A stretch of DNA of 64,000 nucleotides from Bacillota bacterium (GTDB lineage Bacteria > Bacillota_I > Bacilli_A > RF39 > UBA660), in the NCBI GenBank assembly GCA_015059195.1, contig SVAW01000003.1, forward strand, positions 30,445-94,444, read 5' to 3'. Below are positions 19,836 to 29,331 of this stretch, one piece after another. A model generated the notes under the pieces. The model was not told where the DNA came from. It worked only from the letters and a program-made list of their open reading frames with translations, and ran no database searches. The translations under genes and the position numbers were made by a program. Each line of letters opens with the position of its first letter. Within the stretch, counting starts at the first letter, position 1.

Positions 19836-22385
19836 ATGAAAATTAACGACGTTAACATGGAAAAAGTAACTCCAATGATGAAACAATATATAGAGATTAA
19901 AAAACAAAATATGGATGTTGTTATTTTTTTCCGTTTAGGAGACTTTTATGAATTATTTTTTGAAGACGCAATTAATATATCGAGAGAATTAGAATTAACT
20001 TTAACAGGAAAAAGCGCAGGATTAGATGAAAAAATTCCAATGTGTGGGGTACCACATCATGCTGCTAATATATATATTGATAAATTAGTAGAAAAGGGAT
20101 ATAAAATAGGAATTTGTGAGCAACTAGAAGACGCTAAAAATGTTGCTAAAGGAATTGTTAAAAGAGACATCATTCAAATTATTAGTAAAGGTACTTTAAT
20201 TGATGCGGATACATTAAATGAAAAAGAAAACAACTATATTGGCAGTCTAATAGATTATGATCATGCATATGGACTTTGTTTTTCTGATATTTCAACAGGA
20301 GTTATATATGTAGAATTAATAGAACACAATATATCAAAAGTTGCGAGTGAAATTGTTAGTATTGGAATTAAAGAAATTATCACAACAGAAAAAACAGATT
20401 CAGCAATTACCGTATTATTAAAAAATCAATTTAAAATAAGCATTAATATCGATAATAACATTGAAGAGAATATTGAATATAGATATATCTATGAAGATTT
20501 AACTGATGTTAGATATATAAATACAATCAAGCATTTACTTACATATATAACTCGAACACAAAAGAGAAATTTATCTCATATGCAAAAAGCTATGGTGAGA
20601 GAATCTAATAAAGCCCTAAAAATGGATGTTCACACTAAGAGAAATTTAGAGTTAACTGAAACATTACGTTTAAAACAAAGAAATTACTCATTAATTTGGT
20701 TATTAGATAAAACAAAAACCGCAATGGGATCTCGTATGTTGAAGTATTACATCGAAAATCCACTAATTGAAAAAGAGAAGATTGAAAAAAGATATGATGC
20801 AGTTGAAACTTTGCTGAAAGAATTTATCTTAAAAAGCGATCTACAAAATTATTTGTTTGAAGTATACGATTTAGAAAGATTAAGTGGTAGAGTAGCGTTC
20901 GGGAACGCTAGCGCTAGAGATCTATTACAATTAAAAAATTCTATGCGAGTTTTACCAAACATTAAATCAATTCTTGAACAATTACATTTTGATTATGATT
21001 TAGAAATCCTACCAGAACTTTATAATTTATTAGAGAATGGAATATATGAAAACCCTCCTTTATCTATTAAGGAAGGATATTTAATTAAAGAAGGATTTAA
21101 TGCAGAACTTGATGAATTAAAAAATCTTAGAAAAGGTGGTAAAGATTTTGTTGCTCGTTTTGAAGCCGAAGAAAGAGAAAGAACGGGAATTAAAAATCTA
21201 AAAGTGGGCTATAACCGTGTATTTGGATACTACATTGAAGTAAGTAAAGGAAATACAAATCTTATCAAAGAAGAATATGGTTATGAAAGAAGACAAACAT
21301 TATCTAATTGTGAACGATTTATTAGTCCAATTTTAAAAGAAAAAGAAGCTTTAATATTAAATGCTGAAGAAAGAATAATTGATCTAGAATACAACTTATT
21401 TATTGCAATTCGTGACAAAGTAAAAGACTTTATTCCGGCACTACAAAATATTTCTAAGATAATTAGTGAAATAGATGTATTGCAAGCATTCGCCACTATA
21501 ACTGAAGAAAATAATTATGTAAGACCAACTCTAACAGATGATGACAGTTTAGAGATTATAGAAGGAAGACATCCTGTTGTTGAAAAAGTATTAGATAATG
21601 ATGTATATGTTCCAAACGATGTATTATTTTCTAAAGATACTAATATACTATTAATAACTGGCCCTAATATGGCCGGCAAATCAACATATATGCGTCAATT
21701 GGCTATAACAGTTATAATGGCTCAAATTGGTTGTTTTGTTCCTGCAAAAAGCGCCAAATTACCTGTATTTGACGCAATTTTTACTAGAATCGGAGCTAGT
21801 GATGATTTAGTAAGCGGTGAATCTACATTTATGGTAGAAATGACAGAGGCTAATTATGCAATCGAAAACGCAACGAAAAACAGCTTAATATTATTTGATG
21901 AATTAGGCCGTGGAACAGCAACTTTTGATGGTATGGCTTTAGCGCAAGCTATCATTGAATATATCCATAACAAAATAGGGGCAAAAACATTATTTTCCAC
22001 TCATTACCATGAACTTACTGATTTAGAAAACAATTTAAAACATCTTAAAAATATTCATGTCAGTGCACACGAAGAAAATGGCAATATTACATTCCTTCAT
22101 AAGATCAAAGAGGGTAGTGTAGATAAAAGTTATGGCATTCATGTTGCAAAACTAGCTAACTTACCTGAGGAGTTAATTAAAAGAGCCGGCGACATCTTAG
22201 CAGTATATGAAAAAACAGAACATAAAAGAGATATTAAAATTCAAGAAGCACTTCCTTTAGATTTGTTGATAGAAAATAAAACTTCTAAAGTCGAAGAAGA
22301 ATTAAAGGCGATCGATCCTTTAAGTATAACTCCTCTAGAAGCACTGAATATTTTATATAGATTAAAAGAAGAAATAAAAAAATAG
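19836..22385 (+). CDS. mutS: DNA mismatch repair protein MutS
   Basis: N-terminal mismatch-binding GDFYELFFEDA. Walker A GPNMAGKSTYMRQ and the DELGRGT motif. Confidence 0.95.
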   Translation: MKINDVNMEKVTPMMKQYIEIKKQNMDVVIFFRLGDFYELFFEDAINISRELELTLTGKSAGLDEKIPMCGVPHHAANIYIDKLVEKGYKIGICEQLEDAKNVAKGIVKRDIIQIISKGTLIDADTLNEKENNYIGSLIDYDHAYGLCFSDISTGVIYVELIEHNISKVASEIVSIGIKEIITTEKTDSAITVLLKNQFKISINIDNNIEENIEYRYIYEDLTDVRYINTIKHLLTYITRTQKRNLSHMQKAMVRESNKALKMDVHTKRNLELTETLRLKQRNYSLIWLLDKTKTAMGSRMLKYYIENPLIEKEKIEKRYDAVETLLKEFILKSDLQNYLFEVYDLERLSGRVAFGNASARDLLQLKNSMRVLPNIKSILEQLHFDYDLEILPELYNLLENGIYENPPLSIKEGYLIKEGFNAELDELKNLRKGGKDFVARFEAEERERTGIKNLKVGYNRVFGYYIEVSKGNTNLIKEEYGYERRQTLSNCERFISPILKEKEALILNAEERIIDLEYNLFIAIRDKVKDFIPALQNISKIISEIDVLQAFATITEENNYVRPTLTDDDSLEIIEGRHPVVEKVLDNDVYVPNDVLFSKDTNILLITGPNMAGKSTYMRQLAITVIMAQIGCFVPAKSAKLPVFDAIFTRIGASDDLVSGESTFMVEMTEANYAIENATKNSLILFDELGRGTATFDGMALAQAIIEYIHNKIGAKTLFSTHYHELTDLENNLKHLKNIHVSAHEENGNITFLHKIKEGSVDKSYGIHVAKLANLPEELIKRAGDILAVYEKTEHKRDIKIQEALPLDLLIENKTSKVEEELKAIDPLSITPLEALNILYRLKEEIKK

Positions 22386-22393
22386 GAGGGATT

Positions 22394-22780
22394 ATGAAAA
22401 TATTAAAAAGGGAAAATTGGTGGATTTGGCTATTACTTCTGCTATTTTCACAAGGAAGTAGCTCATTAGTGTTAGGAGCACTAGTTGATGTATATGATAA
22501 AAACGCATGGTATGCTAAATGGCAATATTGGGTTATTGCTCTTCTTTGCCTAGTTTATCCCGCGCTAATTATGGCAAGTATATTTTTAATTCAAATTCTT
22601 TGTTTAACTGCAGCAAAATTAGATATTCCAGGAAAAGAAATATATTTAAGCCCTTATCTTTGGATAATTGGGGCGGTAATTCCTTTCATTGGTTGGGCAT
22701 GCTTAATAGCCGGAATTATTTATTTAGAGGTATATACTCTAATCGCGTTATACCGAGGAAATGCTGAAAAATACATATAA
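22394..22780 (+). CDS. hypothetical small membrane protein
   Basis: 128 aa with 3-4 hydrophobic segments. GGAGG RBS. Sits where mutL is usually found. Confidence 0.45.
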   Translation: MKILKRENWWIWLLLLLFSQGSSSLVLGALVDVYDKNAWYAKWQYWVIALLCLVYPALIMASIFLIQILCLTAAKLDIPGKEIYLSPYLWIIGAVIPFIGWACLIAGIIYLEVYTLIALYRGNAEKYI

Positions 22781-22846
22781 AAATAACCTATAAATTATTC
22801 TTTAATTTATAGGTTTTTTGTGATAAAATTGTTATAGGTGATTTAA

Positions 22847-23254
22847 ATGGAACAATTGAACAGAAGCGAATTAAGAAAAAAAATAATGACAATATTGTAT
22901 CAAATAAATATTTATGATAAAAATAAAATAGAATATAGTGTAGATAATGTAATTAAAGAAGTTTGTGAAATCGAGAATGAATTTGTAAAAGATATCGTAT
23001 ATGGCGTAATTACTTATAAAAAAGATATTGATGACCTAGCTAATCAATATTTAAATGAATGGACTATCGATAGATTAGGTAATACTGATCAATCAATATT
23101 GCGTATGGGGATATATGAATTAATATATACAGATACTCCAGAAATAGTTTCTATTAATGAAGCTGTTGAACTGGCTAAACTATATAGTGACGATGACGTA
23201 CGTAAAATGATTAACGGGGTTATGGATAAAGTATACCACAGTAAGAAGGATTAA
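22847..23254 (+). CDS. nusB: transcription antitermination factor NusB
   Basis: 135 aa. Size and sequence pattern of NusB, and position immediately upstream of xseA as in Bacillus. Confidence 0.75.
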   Translation: MEQLNRSELRKKIMTILYQINIYDKNKIEYSVDNVIKEVCEIENEFVKDIVYGVITYKKDIDDLANQYLNEWTIDRLGNTDQSILRMGIYELIYTDTPEIVSINEAVELAKLYSDDDVRKMINGVMDKVYHSKKD

Positions 23255-23255
23255 T

Positions 23256-24524
23256 ATGAAAGACGATAAATATTTAAGTATCACAGCTATAACAAGATAT
23301 TTAAAATATAAATTGGATTCTGATGAACATTTAAAGTGTGTTTTTCTTAAAGGAGAAATATCTAATTTTAAGGCCCACAGTACTGGGCATCTATATTTTT
23401 CATTAAAAGATGAAACTAGTAAAATAAATGCTATTATGTTTAGTACAAATGCTAAAAAAATCACTTTTCAACCTAAAGAAGGGGATAAAGTATTAGTAGC
23501 AGGAAGAATTGGTGTATATGAGTCAACCGGGAACTATCAAATATATGTAGATGAGATGTTAGAAGATGGTGTTGGTAATTTATATGTCGCATTTGAAAAA
23601 CTCAAAGCAGATTTAGCTAAAGAAGGCTTATTTGATGAATCACATAAGCAAACGATACCAAAAATACCGACTAGAGTAGGAATTATTACTGCTCCAACAG
23701 GTGCTGCAATCAAAGATATTATATCTACCATAAGAAGAAGATTCCCTTTATGTGAAACCTTATTGTTTCCTGCATTAGTACAAGGGGAAAATGCGGCTAG
23801 TGATATTGCAAATAAAATTAAAATTGCTAATACTTACAACATTGATGTATTGATAGTTGGCCGTGGTGGTGGTTCAATTGAAGATTTATGGCCATTTAAC
23901 GAAGAGGTTGTGGCTAGAGCTATATATAACTCTAAAGTGCCAATTATAAGTGCAGTAGGGCATGAAGTTGACTTTACTATTGCTGATTTTGTGGCAGACT
24001 TAAGAGCTCCGACTCCAACAGGTGCAGCAGAACTTGCAGTACCAAATATGGTAGATGTTAAAAAACAAATTGAACAATTTAAAATTAGAGCCAATGAAAA
24101 TATTTCAAAAAGATTAAACTATGAGAAACTACATTTCGAATCTTTGAAAAATTCATTTGTAATTAAAAACCCAGTAATAATGTATGAGAATAAACAACAA
24201 AAACTAGATCTCGTTTTAGAAAAGATTAAAAATCTTATATCTAATAGACTAGAAATTTCTAAGGGAAAATTTCAGATATTAAAAAATAATTATATTTTAA
24301 ACAATCCAACATTATTATATAAGGATAATCTGGTAAAATTAAATATGATAATAGAAAAGCTAGAGTTGATTAATCCTCTAGGGGTATTGAAACGAGGTTA
24401 TTCATTAACATATCAAGATAACAAAATTATAAAAGATGTTAACGACCTGGAAATTAATTCTAATATCTTAATTAAGATGCAAAATGGTGAAATAACTGCA
24501 CAAGTAAAAGATATTAAAAAATAA
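23256..24524 (+). CDS. xseA: exodeoxyribonuclease VII large subunit
   Basis: N-terminal OB-fold region (GEISNFKAHSTGHLYFSLKD) and catalytic core (GRGGGSIEDLWPFNEE). Confidence 0.9.
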   Translation: MKDDKYLSITAITRYLKYKLDSDEHLKCVFLKGEISNFKAHSTGHLYFSLKDETSKINAIMFSTNAKKITFQPKEGDKVLVAGRIGVYESTGNYQIYVDEMLEDGVGNLYVAFEKLKADLAKEGLFDESHKQTIPKIPTRVGIITAPTGAAIKDIISTIRRRFPLCETLLFPALVQGENAASDIANKIKIANTYNIDVLIVGRGGGSIEDLWPFNEEVVARAIYNSKVPIISAVGHEVDFTIADFVADLRAPTPTGAAELAVPNMVDVKKQIEQFKIRANENISKRLNYEKLHFESLKNSFVIKNPVIMYENKQQKLDLVLEKIKNLISNRLEISKGKFQILKNNYILNNPTLLYKDNLVKLNMIIEKLELINPLGVLKRGYSLTYQDNKIIKDVNDLEINSNILIKMQNGEITAQVKDIKK

Positions 24525-24555
24525 ATGAACATACAACAAATAAAGGAGTATAAAA

Positions 24556-24774
24556 ATGGCAAAAGAAAAAACTTTTGAAGAAAAAATTAATGAATTAGAA
24601 ACAATCATTAACGACTTGGAAAATGGAGATATTGATTTAGAACAATCCATTAATAAATATACTGAAGCAATGAAACTGGTTAAAGAATGTGATGAACAAT
24701 TAAAATCGATTGAAAAACAAATAAGTAAAATTGTTTTAGAAAATGGTGAGGCTAAAGAATTTGAAATTGAATAA
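24556..24774 (+). CDS. xseB: exodeoxyribonuclease VII small subunit
   Basis: 72 aa with FEEKINELETIINDLENGDIDLEQSINKY, typical of XseB. Confidence 0.85.
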   Translation: MAKEKTFEEKINELETIINDLENGDIDLEQSINKYTEAMKLVKECDEQLKSIEKQISKIVLENGEAKEFEIE

Positions 24775-24795
24775 TAAAATGTAGGGGGAAGTTTA

Positions 24796-25365
24796 ATGAC
24801 ACGAGAAGAATTACGCATTATTAGTGCTTTTTTAGATTCGGGAAACATTGAGGCTTTAAGAGAATATATAAACTCATTAAAACTTGCACAATTCAGTACA
24901 CTCAGACAAACATGGTTTGAACACTATCTTTCTGAGTCCCCAATTGCTACAAAAACAATACTATATGACGATTCTAAAGAAAATCAAATAATCTGCTCAA
25001 ATGGAATAAGTCTATATTATATTAACGCTAATTACGTAAACTTATTGTCACCAACACTAGTAAAGAATACATTTTGTCAAAGAGTGACATTAGAGGAAAT
25101 AGAAAAATTCAAACGAAGAACAGAACAATTGATTACGCAACTAATTCCAGCTGAATGGTTTAGCCAAGAGGGTGTAGTTACTAAAGTAGAAAATGAATCA
25201 TTACTCGAAGGAATATTTCACATTTTCAAAACTTCCGAACTTAATCATATAGATTGGATACTAGGTCATTCACAATATAAAATCGATAAACAAAATGCTA
25301 TATTATGTGCTGAAAGCGAAGTTGGACGTGCATACGTGTTAGGTTACAGAAATAACCATCAATAA
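24796..25365 (+). CDS. hypothetical protein co-transcribed with xseAB
   Basis: 189 aa. Strong RBS GGGGGAAG; 22 nt after the xseB stop. No recognisable motif. Weak terminator at 25366-25392. Confidence 0.5.
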   Translation: MTREELRIISAFLDSGNIEALREYINSLKLAQFSTLRQTWFEHYLSESPIATKTILYDDSKENQIICSNGISLYYINANYVNLLSPTLVKNTFCQRVTLEEIEKFKRRTEQLITQLIPAEWFSQEGVVTKVENESLLEGIFHIFKTSELNHIDWILGHSQYKIDKQNAILCAESEVGRAYVLGYRNNHQ

Positions 25366-25448
25366 AGTGCCTTTTTGGCATTTTTTGTTTCTTATAATAC
25401 GCATTATTATTTTCATAATAATAATGTAGTCTGTGTTATGTAAAGGAG

Positions 25449-26444
25449 ATGTTTTTTATGTTTTTTAAAATTTTTAAAAAGACATGTCTTTGCCTTCTTC
25501 TTTCATTATTTATTATACCATCATGCATATTAGCTTATTCAGACTATGTTATTGTGGGTGGAGAAAATATTGGGATAGAATTAAATGCTAAAGGAATTAT
25601 GGTAGTTGGAGTATATAAAGTAGGTAATAGTTATCCGGCTGTAGAAGCAGGGATTAAAGTTGGAGATTTAATTACTAGTATTGATAATCAGGAAGTTAAA
25701 AATATTAATGAACTATCGCAAAAGATAAATAGCAGACTTAGTGACACAATAAAAATTGGTTATGTGCGAAATGATACAACAAAATATACTAATTTGAAAT
25801 TATATAAAGATAATAATATTTATAAAACCGGTCTTTATGTCAAAGATTCTATTACTGGAATAGGTACTCTAACGTATATTGATCCCAATACCAAGTTGTT
25901 TGGCGCACTAGGGCACGAAATTATTGAAAAAAATACAGGTAAAGTATTAGAGATAAAAGATGGAAAGATTTTTACATCCGAGGTTATAAATATAGAGCCT
26001 AGTGTAAATGGTGTGCCTGGTGAAAAAAATGCCAAATTAAATAGCAGTGAGACTATTGGTACTATTTTCGAAAATACTACTAAAGGAATATTTGGTAATT
26101 ATGATTCAAAACTCAATGATGCCCGTTTATACAAGGTTGGAAATATTTCAAACATAAAAAGAGGAGAAGCAATTATTAGAACTGTAATTAATAAAGATAA
26201 AGTAGAAGAATTTACTATAAATATTTTAAAAGTTAATGATAATTCTAAAACTAAAAATATCGTGTTTGAAATAACTGACAAGACATTATTAAATCAAACT
26301 GGAGGAATAGTTCAAGGCATGAGCGGATCTCCTATAATACAGGGTGAATATATAGTAGGGGCAGTTACTCATGTTGTTGTGGATGACACCACTAAAGGCT
26401 ATGGAATACTAATTACTAATATGTTAGAAGAAGCAGAAAATTAG
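25449..26444 (+). CDS. spoIVB: SpoIVB-like S55 serine peptidase (PDZ + peptidase domain)
   Basis: Signal peptide, PDZ-like region (GIKVGDLITSIDNQEV) and S55 active-site region GGIVQGMSGSPII. Terminator hairpin ttaggg-tttta-tccctaa at 26441-26465. Confidence 0.7.
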   Translation: MFFMFFKIFKKTCLCLLLSLFIIPSCILAYSDYVIVGGENIGIELNAKGIMVVGVYKVGNSYPAVEAGIKVGDLITSIDNQEVKNINELSQKINSRLSDTIKIGYVRNDTTKYTNLKLYKDNNIYKTGLYVKDSITGIGTLTYIDPNTKLFGALGHEIIEKNTGKVLEIKDGKIFTSEVINIEPSVNGVPGEKNAKLNSSETIGTIFENTTKGIFGNYDSKLNDARLYKVGNISNIKRGEAIIRTVINKDKVEEFTINILKVNDNSKTKNIVFEITDKTLLNQTGGIVQGMSGSPIIQGEYIVGAVTHVVVDDTTKGYGILITNMLEEAEN

Positions 26445-26507
26445 GGTTTTATCCCTAATTTTATTGTATACGATTTTTATAAGTGTTATAATTGCGTTGG
26501 TGGCATT

Positions 26508-27356
26508 ATGAAGAAGTTTAAAAAAATATATATTGAAATAACTAATAAATGTAATTTACAATGTGCATTCTGTTCGATAGATAATAAAAGGAAAAAAGAA
26601 ATGTCTTTAGAAGAATTTGAACAAATTTTAATAAAAATTAACGGTTACACAGACTATATTTATTTACACGTTAAAGGTGAACCACTTATACATTCACAAT
26701 TTAAAGATATATTATTGTTATGTAAAAAACATAATAAAAAAGTAAATATTACTACTAATGGCACTCTATTAAACCAAAGAATTAATGATATTTTAGAAAC
26801 AGATATAGTAAGACAAATTAACATTTCTATGCAAAGTTTAACTAGTGATAATTATTTATTACAAATACTAAATAGCGCTAATGAAATTTTAAATAAAACA
26901 GATATTCAATTAGTGTTTAGATTTTGGGCATTAACCAATAATGCTTTTACTGAGTTACAAACTAAGCTCATTGATTCTATAATGGATTACTTTAAACTAA
27001 ATAAATCTATTAAAGAAGACATCTTAAATCGGCGAAATATTAAATTATTAAATAACCTGTATCTCAATAAAGAAAATTTGTTTGAATGGCCTTGTTTAGA
27101 GAACAATCATTATAACGATAAGGGAACATGCTACGGATTAAAAACGCATATCGCAATACTTGTAGATGGTACTGTAGTTCCCTGTTGCTTAGATAGTAAA
27201 GGAATTATAAGTCTTGGTAATATTTTTGAAATAGAACTTGAAGAAATATTAAATGAAAGCAGAACTAAAATGATTATAAAAGGTTTTAACGACAATAAAG
27301 TATACGAAGAGCTTTGTAAACATTGTAGTTTTAAAAGAGAAAAAAATAAACTTTAA
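26508..27356 (+). CDS. radical SAM enzyme with C-terminal SPASM/twitch-like Cys cluster (orphan)
   Basis: CNLQCAFC (CxxxCxxC) at residues 15-22. C-terminal cysteines WPC...C, VVPCC, CKHC. Own promoter TTGTAT-17-TATAAT at about 26466-26494. Bidirectional terminator at about 27339-27370. Confidence 0.7.
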   Translation: MKKFKKIYIEITNKCNLQCAFCSIDNKRKKEMSLEEFEQILIKINGYTDYIYLHVKGEPLIHSQFKDILLLCKKHNKKVNITTNGTLLNQRINDILETDIVRQINISMQSLTSDNYLLQILNSANEILNKTDIQLVFRFWALTNNAFTELQTKLIDSIMDYFKLNKSIKEDILNRRNIKLLNNLYLNKENLFEWPCLENNHYNDKGTCYGLKTHIAILVDGTVVPCCLDSKGIISLGNIFEIELEEILNESRTKMIIKGFNDNKVYEELCKHCSFKREKNKL

Positions 27357-27395
27357 AAGTTTATTTTTTTATTATATTAATTTGTTTAACAATAA

Positions 27396-27482
27396 TTAAA
27401 TGAAAATAATAGAAGCTACAAATGATGCAATCATAATAAATAACATAATATAAACAGCTATTTTTTGAGTTTTTTTATTCAT
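27396..27482 (-). CDS. putative 28-aa single-TM small protein (MNKKTQKIAVYIMLFIMIASFVASIIFI)
   Basis: GAGGTG RBS 7 nt upstream. Promoter TTCCAA-16-TATAAT at about 27503-27530 on the minus strand. Convergent with the radical SAM gene. Confidence 0.35.
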   Translation of the reverse strand: MNKKTQKIAVYIMLFIMIASFVASIIFI

Positions 27483-27571
27483 ACTTTCACCTCATATGTT
27501 TATTATAATATATTTTACAGCTTTTTGGAATAAATTTATGATAATATCATACTTTTAATTAGAGGTGGAAC

Positions 27572-28201
27572 ATGAAACAAGCAATGGACAAGTTTATATC
27601 TAGTATTAAATGTAATAAAAAATTAGTTTGGTTTTTAATCATAATTGGAATCATTTCAATAGTTTTCGGATCAATTTTTACCGTTATGTTAAACGAAAGC
27701 GATAAGGCGCTAACACTTAGTTATATTAATAATTTTATGTCTAACATTTCAAATAATAACTTAGATTATACTTTGGCTTTAAAAAATGGTTTTGTTAATC
27801 AATTTTCATTTTTCTTAATAGTCTGGCTATTGGGGATGTCTGTAATAGGAATACCAATCATTTTGTTTATGTATTTTAGTAAAATTTTTATATTAGGATT
27901 TTCCCTATCTGCCATTATCACTAATTACGGATTTAAGGGATGTTTAATTGGTTTAGCATACATTTTTCCTCACCAAATCATCAATATTATTTTATATACA
28001 ATTTTAACAATATTCGCCTTAAAAATTGCCGGGAAGATTCTATATTGCATTTTAAAGAAGGATAAGATTGACTTTAAAGTTTTACTTAATAATTATATAT
28101 ATATACTAACTATAAATTTAGTAGTAGTTAGTTTAACAGTGCTATTTGAAGTATATATAACACCTAAATTTATCAGTATATTTTTATCACTGATAAAATA
28201 A
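27572..28201 (+). CDS. spoIIM: SpoIIM-like (DUF95) integral membrane protein
   Basis: 209 aa with 5-6 TM segments, a size and topology like SpoIIM. Extended -10 TGATAATAT and RBS AGAGGTGG. Confidence 0.45.
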   Translation: MKQAMDKFISSIKCNKKLVWFLIIIGIISIVFGSIFTVMLNESDKALTLSYINNFMSNISNNNLDYTLALKNGFVNQFSFFLIVWLLGMSVIGIPIILFMYFSKIFILGFSLSAIITNYGFKGCLIGLAYIFPHQIINIILYTILTIFALKIAGKILYCILKKDKIDFKVLLNNYIYILTINLVVVSLTVLFEVYITPKFISIFLSLIK

Positions 28202-28217
28202 TTGTGTTATAATAATT

Positions 28218-29249
28218 ATGGTGATTGATGTGAAAAAAGTAGTTTTAGGAATGAGTGGGGGAGTAGACAGTAGTGTTGCGGCTATTCTACTCCAAGAACA
28301 AGGTTATGAAGTAATTGGAGTAACATTTATTTTTACCGATGACTTTAACACGGACGATGCTGAAAAGATTTGTAAATTATTAAATATTCAACACTATATT
28401 AAAGATTATAGAACAGAATTTAAACAACAAATCATCGATCGATTTATATCAGACTATAAAAACGGGATGACTCCAAATCCTTGTGTAATCTGTAATAAAC
28501 AAATTAAAATTAAATATTTGATTGATGCCATGCATGAATACAATGCAGATTTTGTAGCCACCGGCCATTATGCACAAATTATTGACGGTAGATTATATAA
28601 AAGTAAAAACATAAATAAAGATCAAAGCTACTTTTTATCATTATTGTCTAAATCAGAATTAGAAAAAATTTTGTTTCCTTTAGAACATCTTGAGAAAGAT
28701 GAAGTAAGAAATATTGCTGAACAACACGGTCTCATTAATTCAAACAAAAAAGACTCTTTCGATATTTGTTTTATACCCAATAGTTTTCAAGAATACATGT
28801 CAAATTACACCAATTCCTCATCTGGTCCTATAGTTGAGATAAATTCGAATAAAATTGTAGGAACTCACAAGGGATTAGCGCATTATACAATAGGGCAACG
28901 AAAAGGATTAAATTTAGGCGGTAATCAAGAAAGGTTATTTGTGGTAAAAAAGGATATTGAAAAAAATGTCTTATACGTTGGTGGGGATGATTTAAATAGC
29001 TGTTTATATAGTAGTAAAGCGTTAATAGAAAACGTTAACTGGATAAGTGATCTTAACCCAGAAGAATGCAGTGCTAAATTCAGGTATAGACAGGAGGATA
29101 ATGCCGTACGCTTAGAATACTTAGACAACAATTCTATATTAGTAACATACCCGAAGGCTATTAAGGCTGTCACCCCAGGCCAAATATGCGTATTTTATAA
29201 CAACAATGAGTGCTTAGGTGGAGGTATTATAAAAGATATATATAAGTAA
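28218..29249 (+). CDS. mnmA: tRNA-specific 2-thiouridylase MnmA
   Basis: PP-loop VVLGMSGGVDSSVAA. Conserved cysteines, and the C-terminal region typical of MnmA/TrmU. Confidence 0.9.
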   Translation: MVIDVKKVVLGMSGGVDSSVAAILLQEQGYEVIGVTFIFTDDFNTDDAEKICKLLNIQHYIKDYRTEFKQQIIDRFISDYKNGMTPNPCVICNKQIKIKYLIDAMHEYNADFVATGHYAQIIDGRLYKSKNINKDQSYFLSLLSKSELEKILFPLEHLEKDEVRNIAEQHGLINSNKKDSFDICFIPNSFQEYMSNYTNSSSGPIVEINSNKIVGTHKGLAHYTIGQRKGLNLGGNQERLFVVKKDIEKNVLYVGGDDLNSCLYSSKALIENVNWISDLNPEECSAKFRYRQEDNAVRLEYLDNNSILVTYPKAIKAVTPGQICVFYNNNECLGGGIIKDIYK

Positions 29250-29278
29250 CTCAATTTCTATAGGTTGTCCTTTCCTTT

Positions 29279-29310
29279 ACACTTGACATTTGACACAAAA
29301 GTGTTAAAAT
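29279..29310 (+). promoter_or_regulatory. promoter TTGACA-16-TAAAAT with overlapping inverted repeat ACACTT-N14-AAGTGT (putative operator)
   Basis: -35 at 29283-29288 with a duplicated TTGACA; -10 at 29305-29310. The 6-bp inverted repeat 29279-29284 / 29299-29304 spans the promoter upstream of an XRE-family regulator. Confidence 0.45.
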
Positions 29311-29331
29311 GATAATAGGAGGTTTTAAGAT

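Noticed and set aside
22519-22767. 82-aa ORF overlapping the 128-aa membrane protein in another frame on the same strand.
   Set aside because: No RBS and an Arg/Ser-rich composition; the hydrophobic in-frame product with the GGAGG RBS is the plausible gene.
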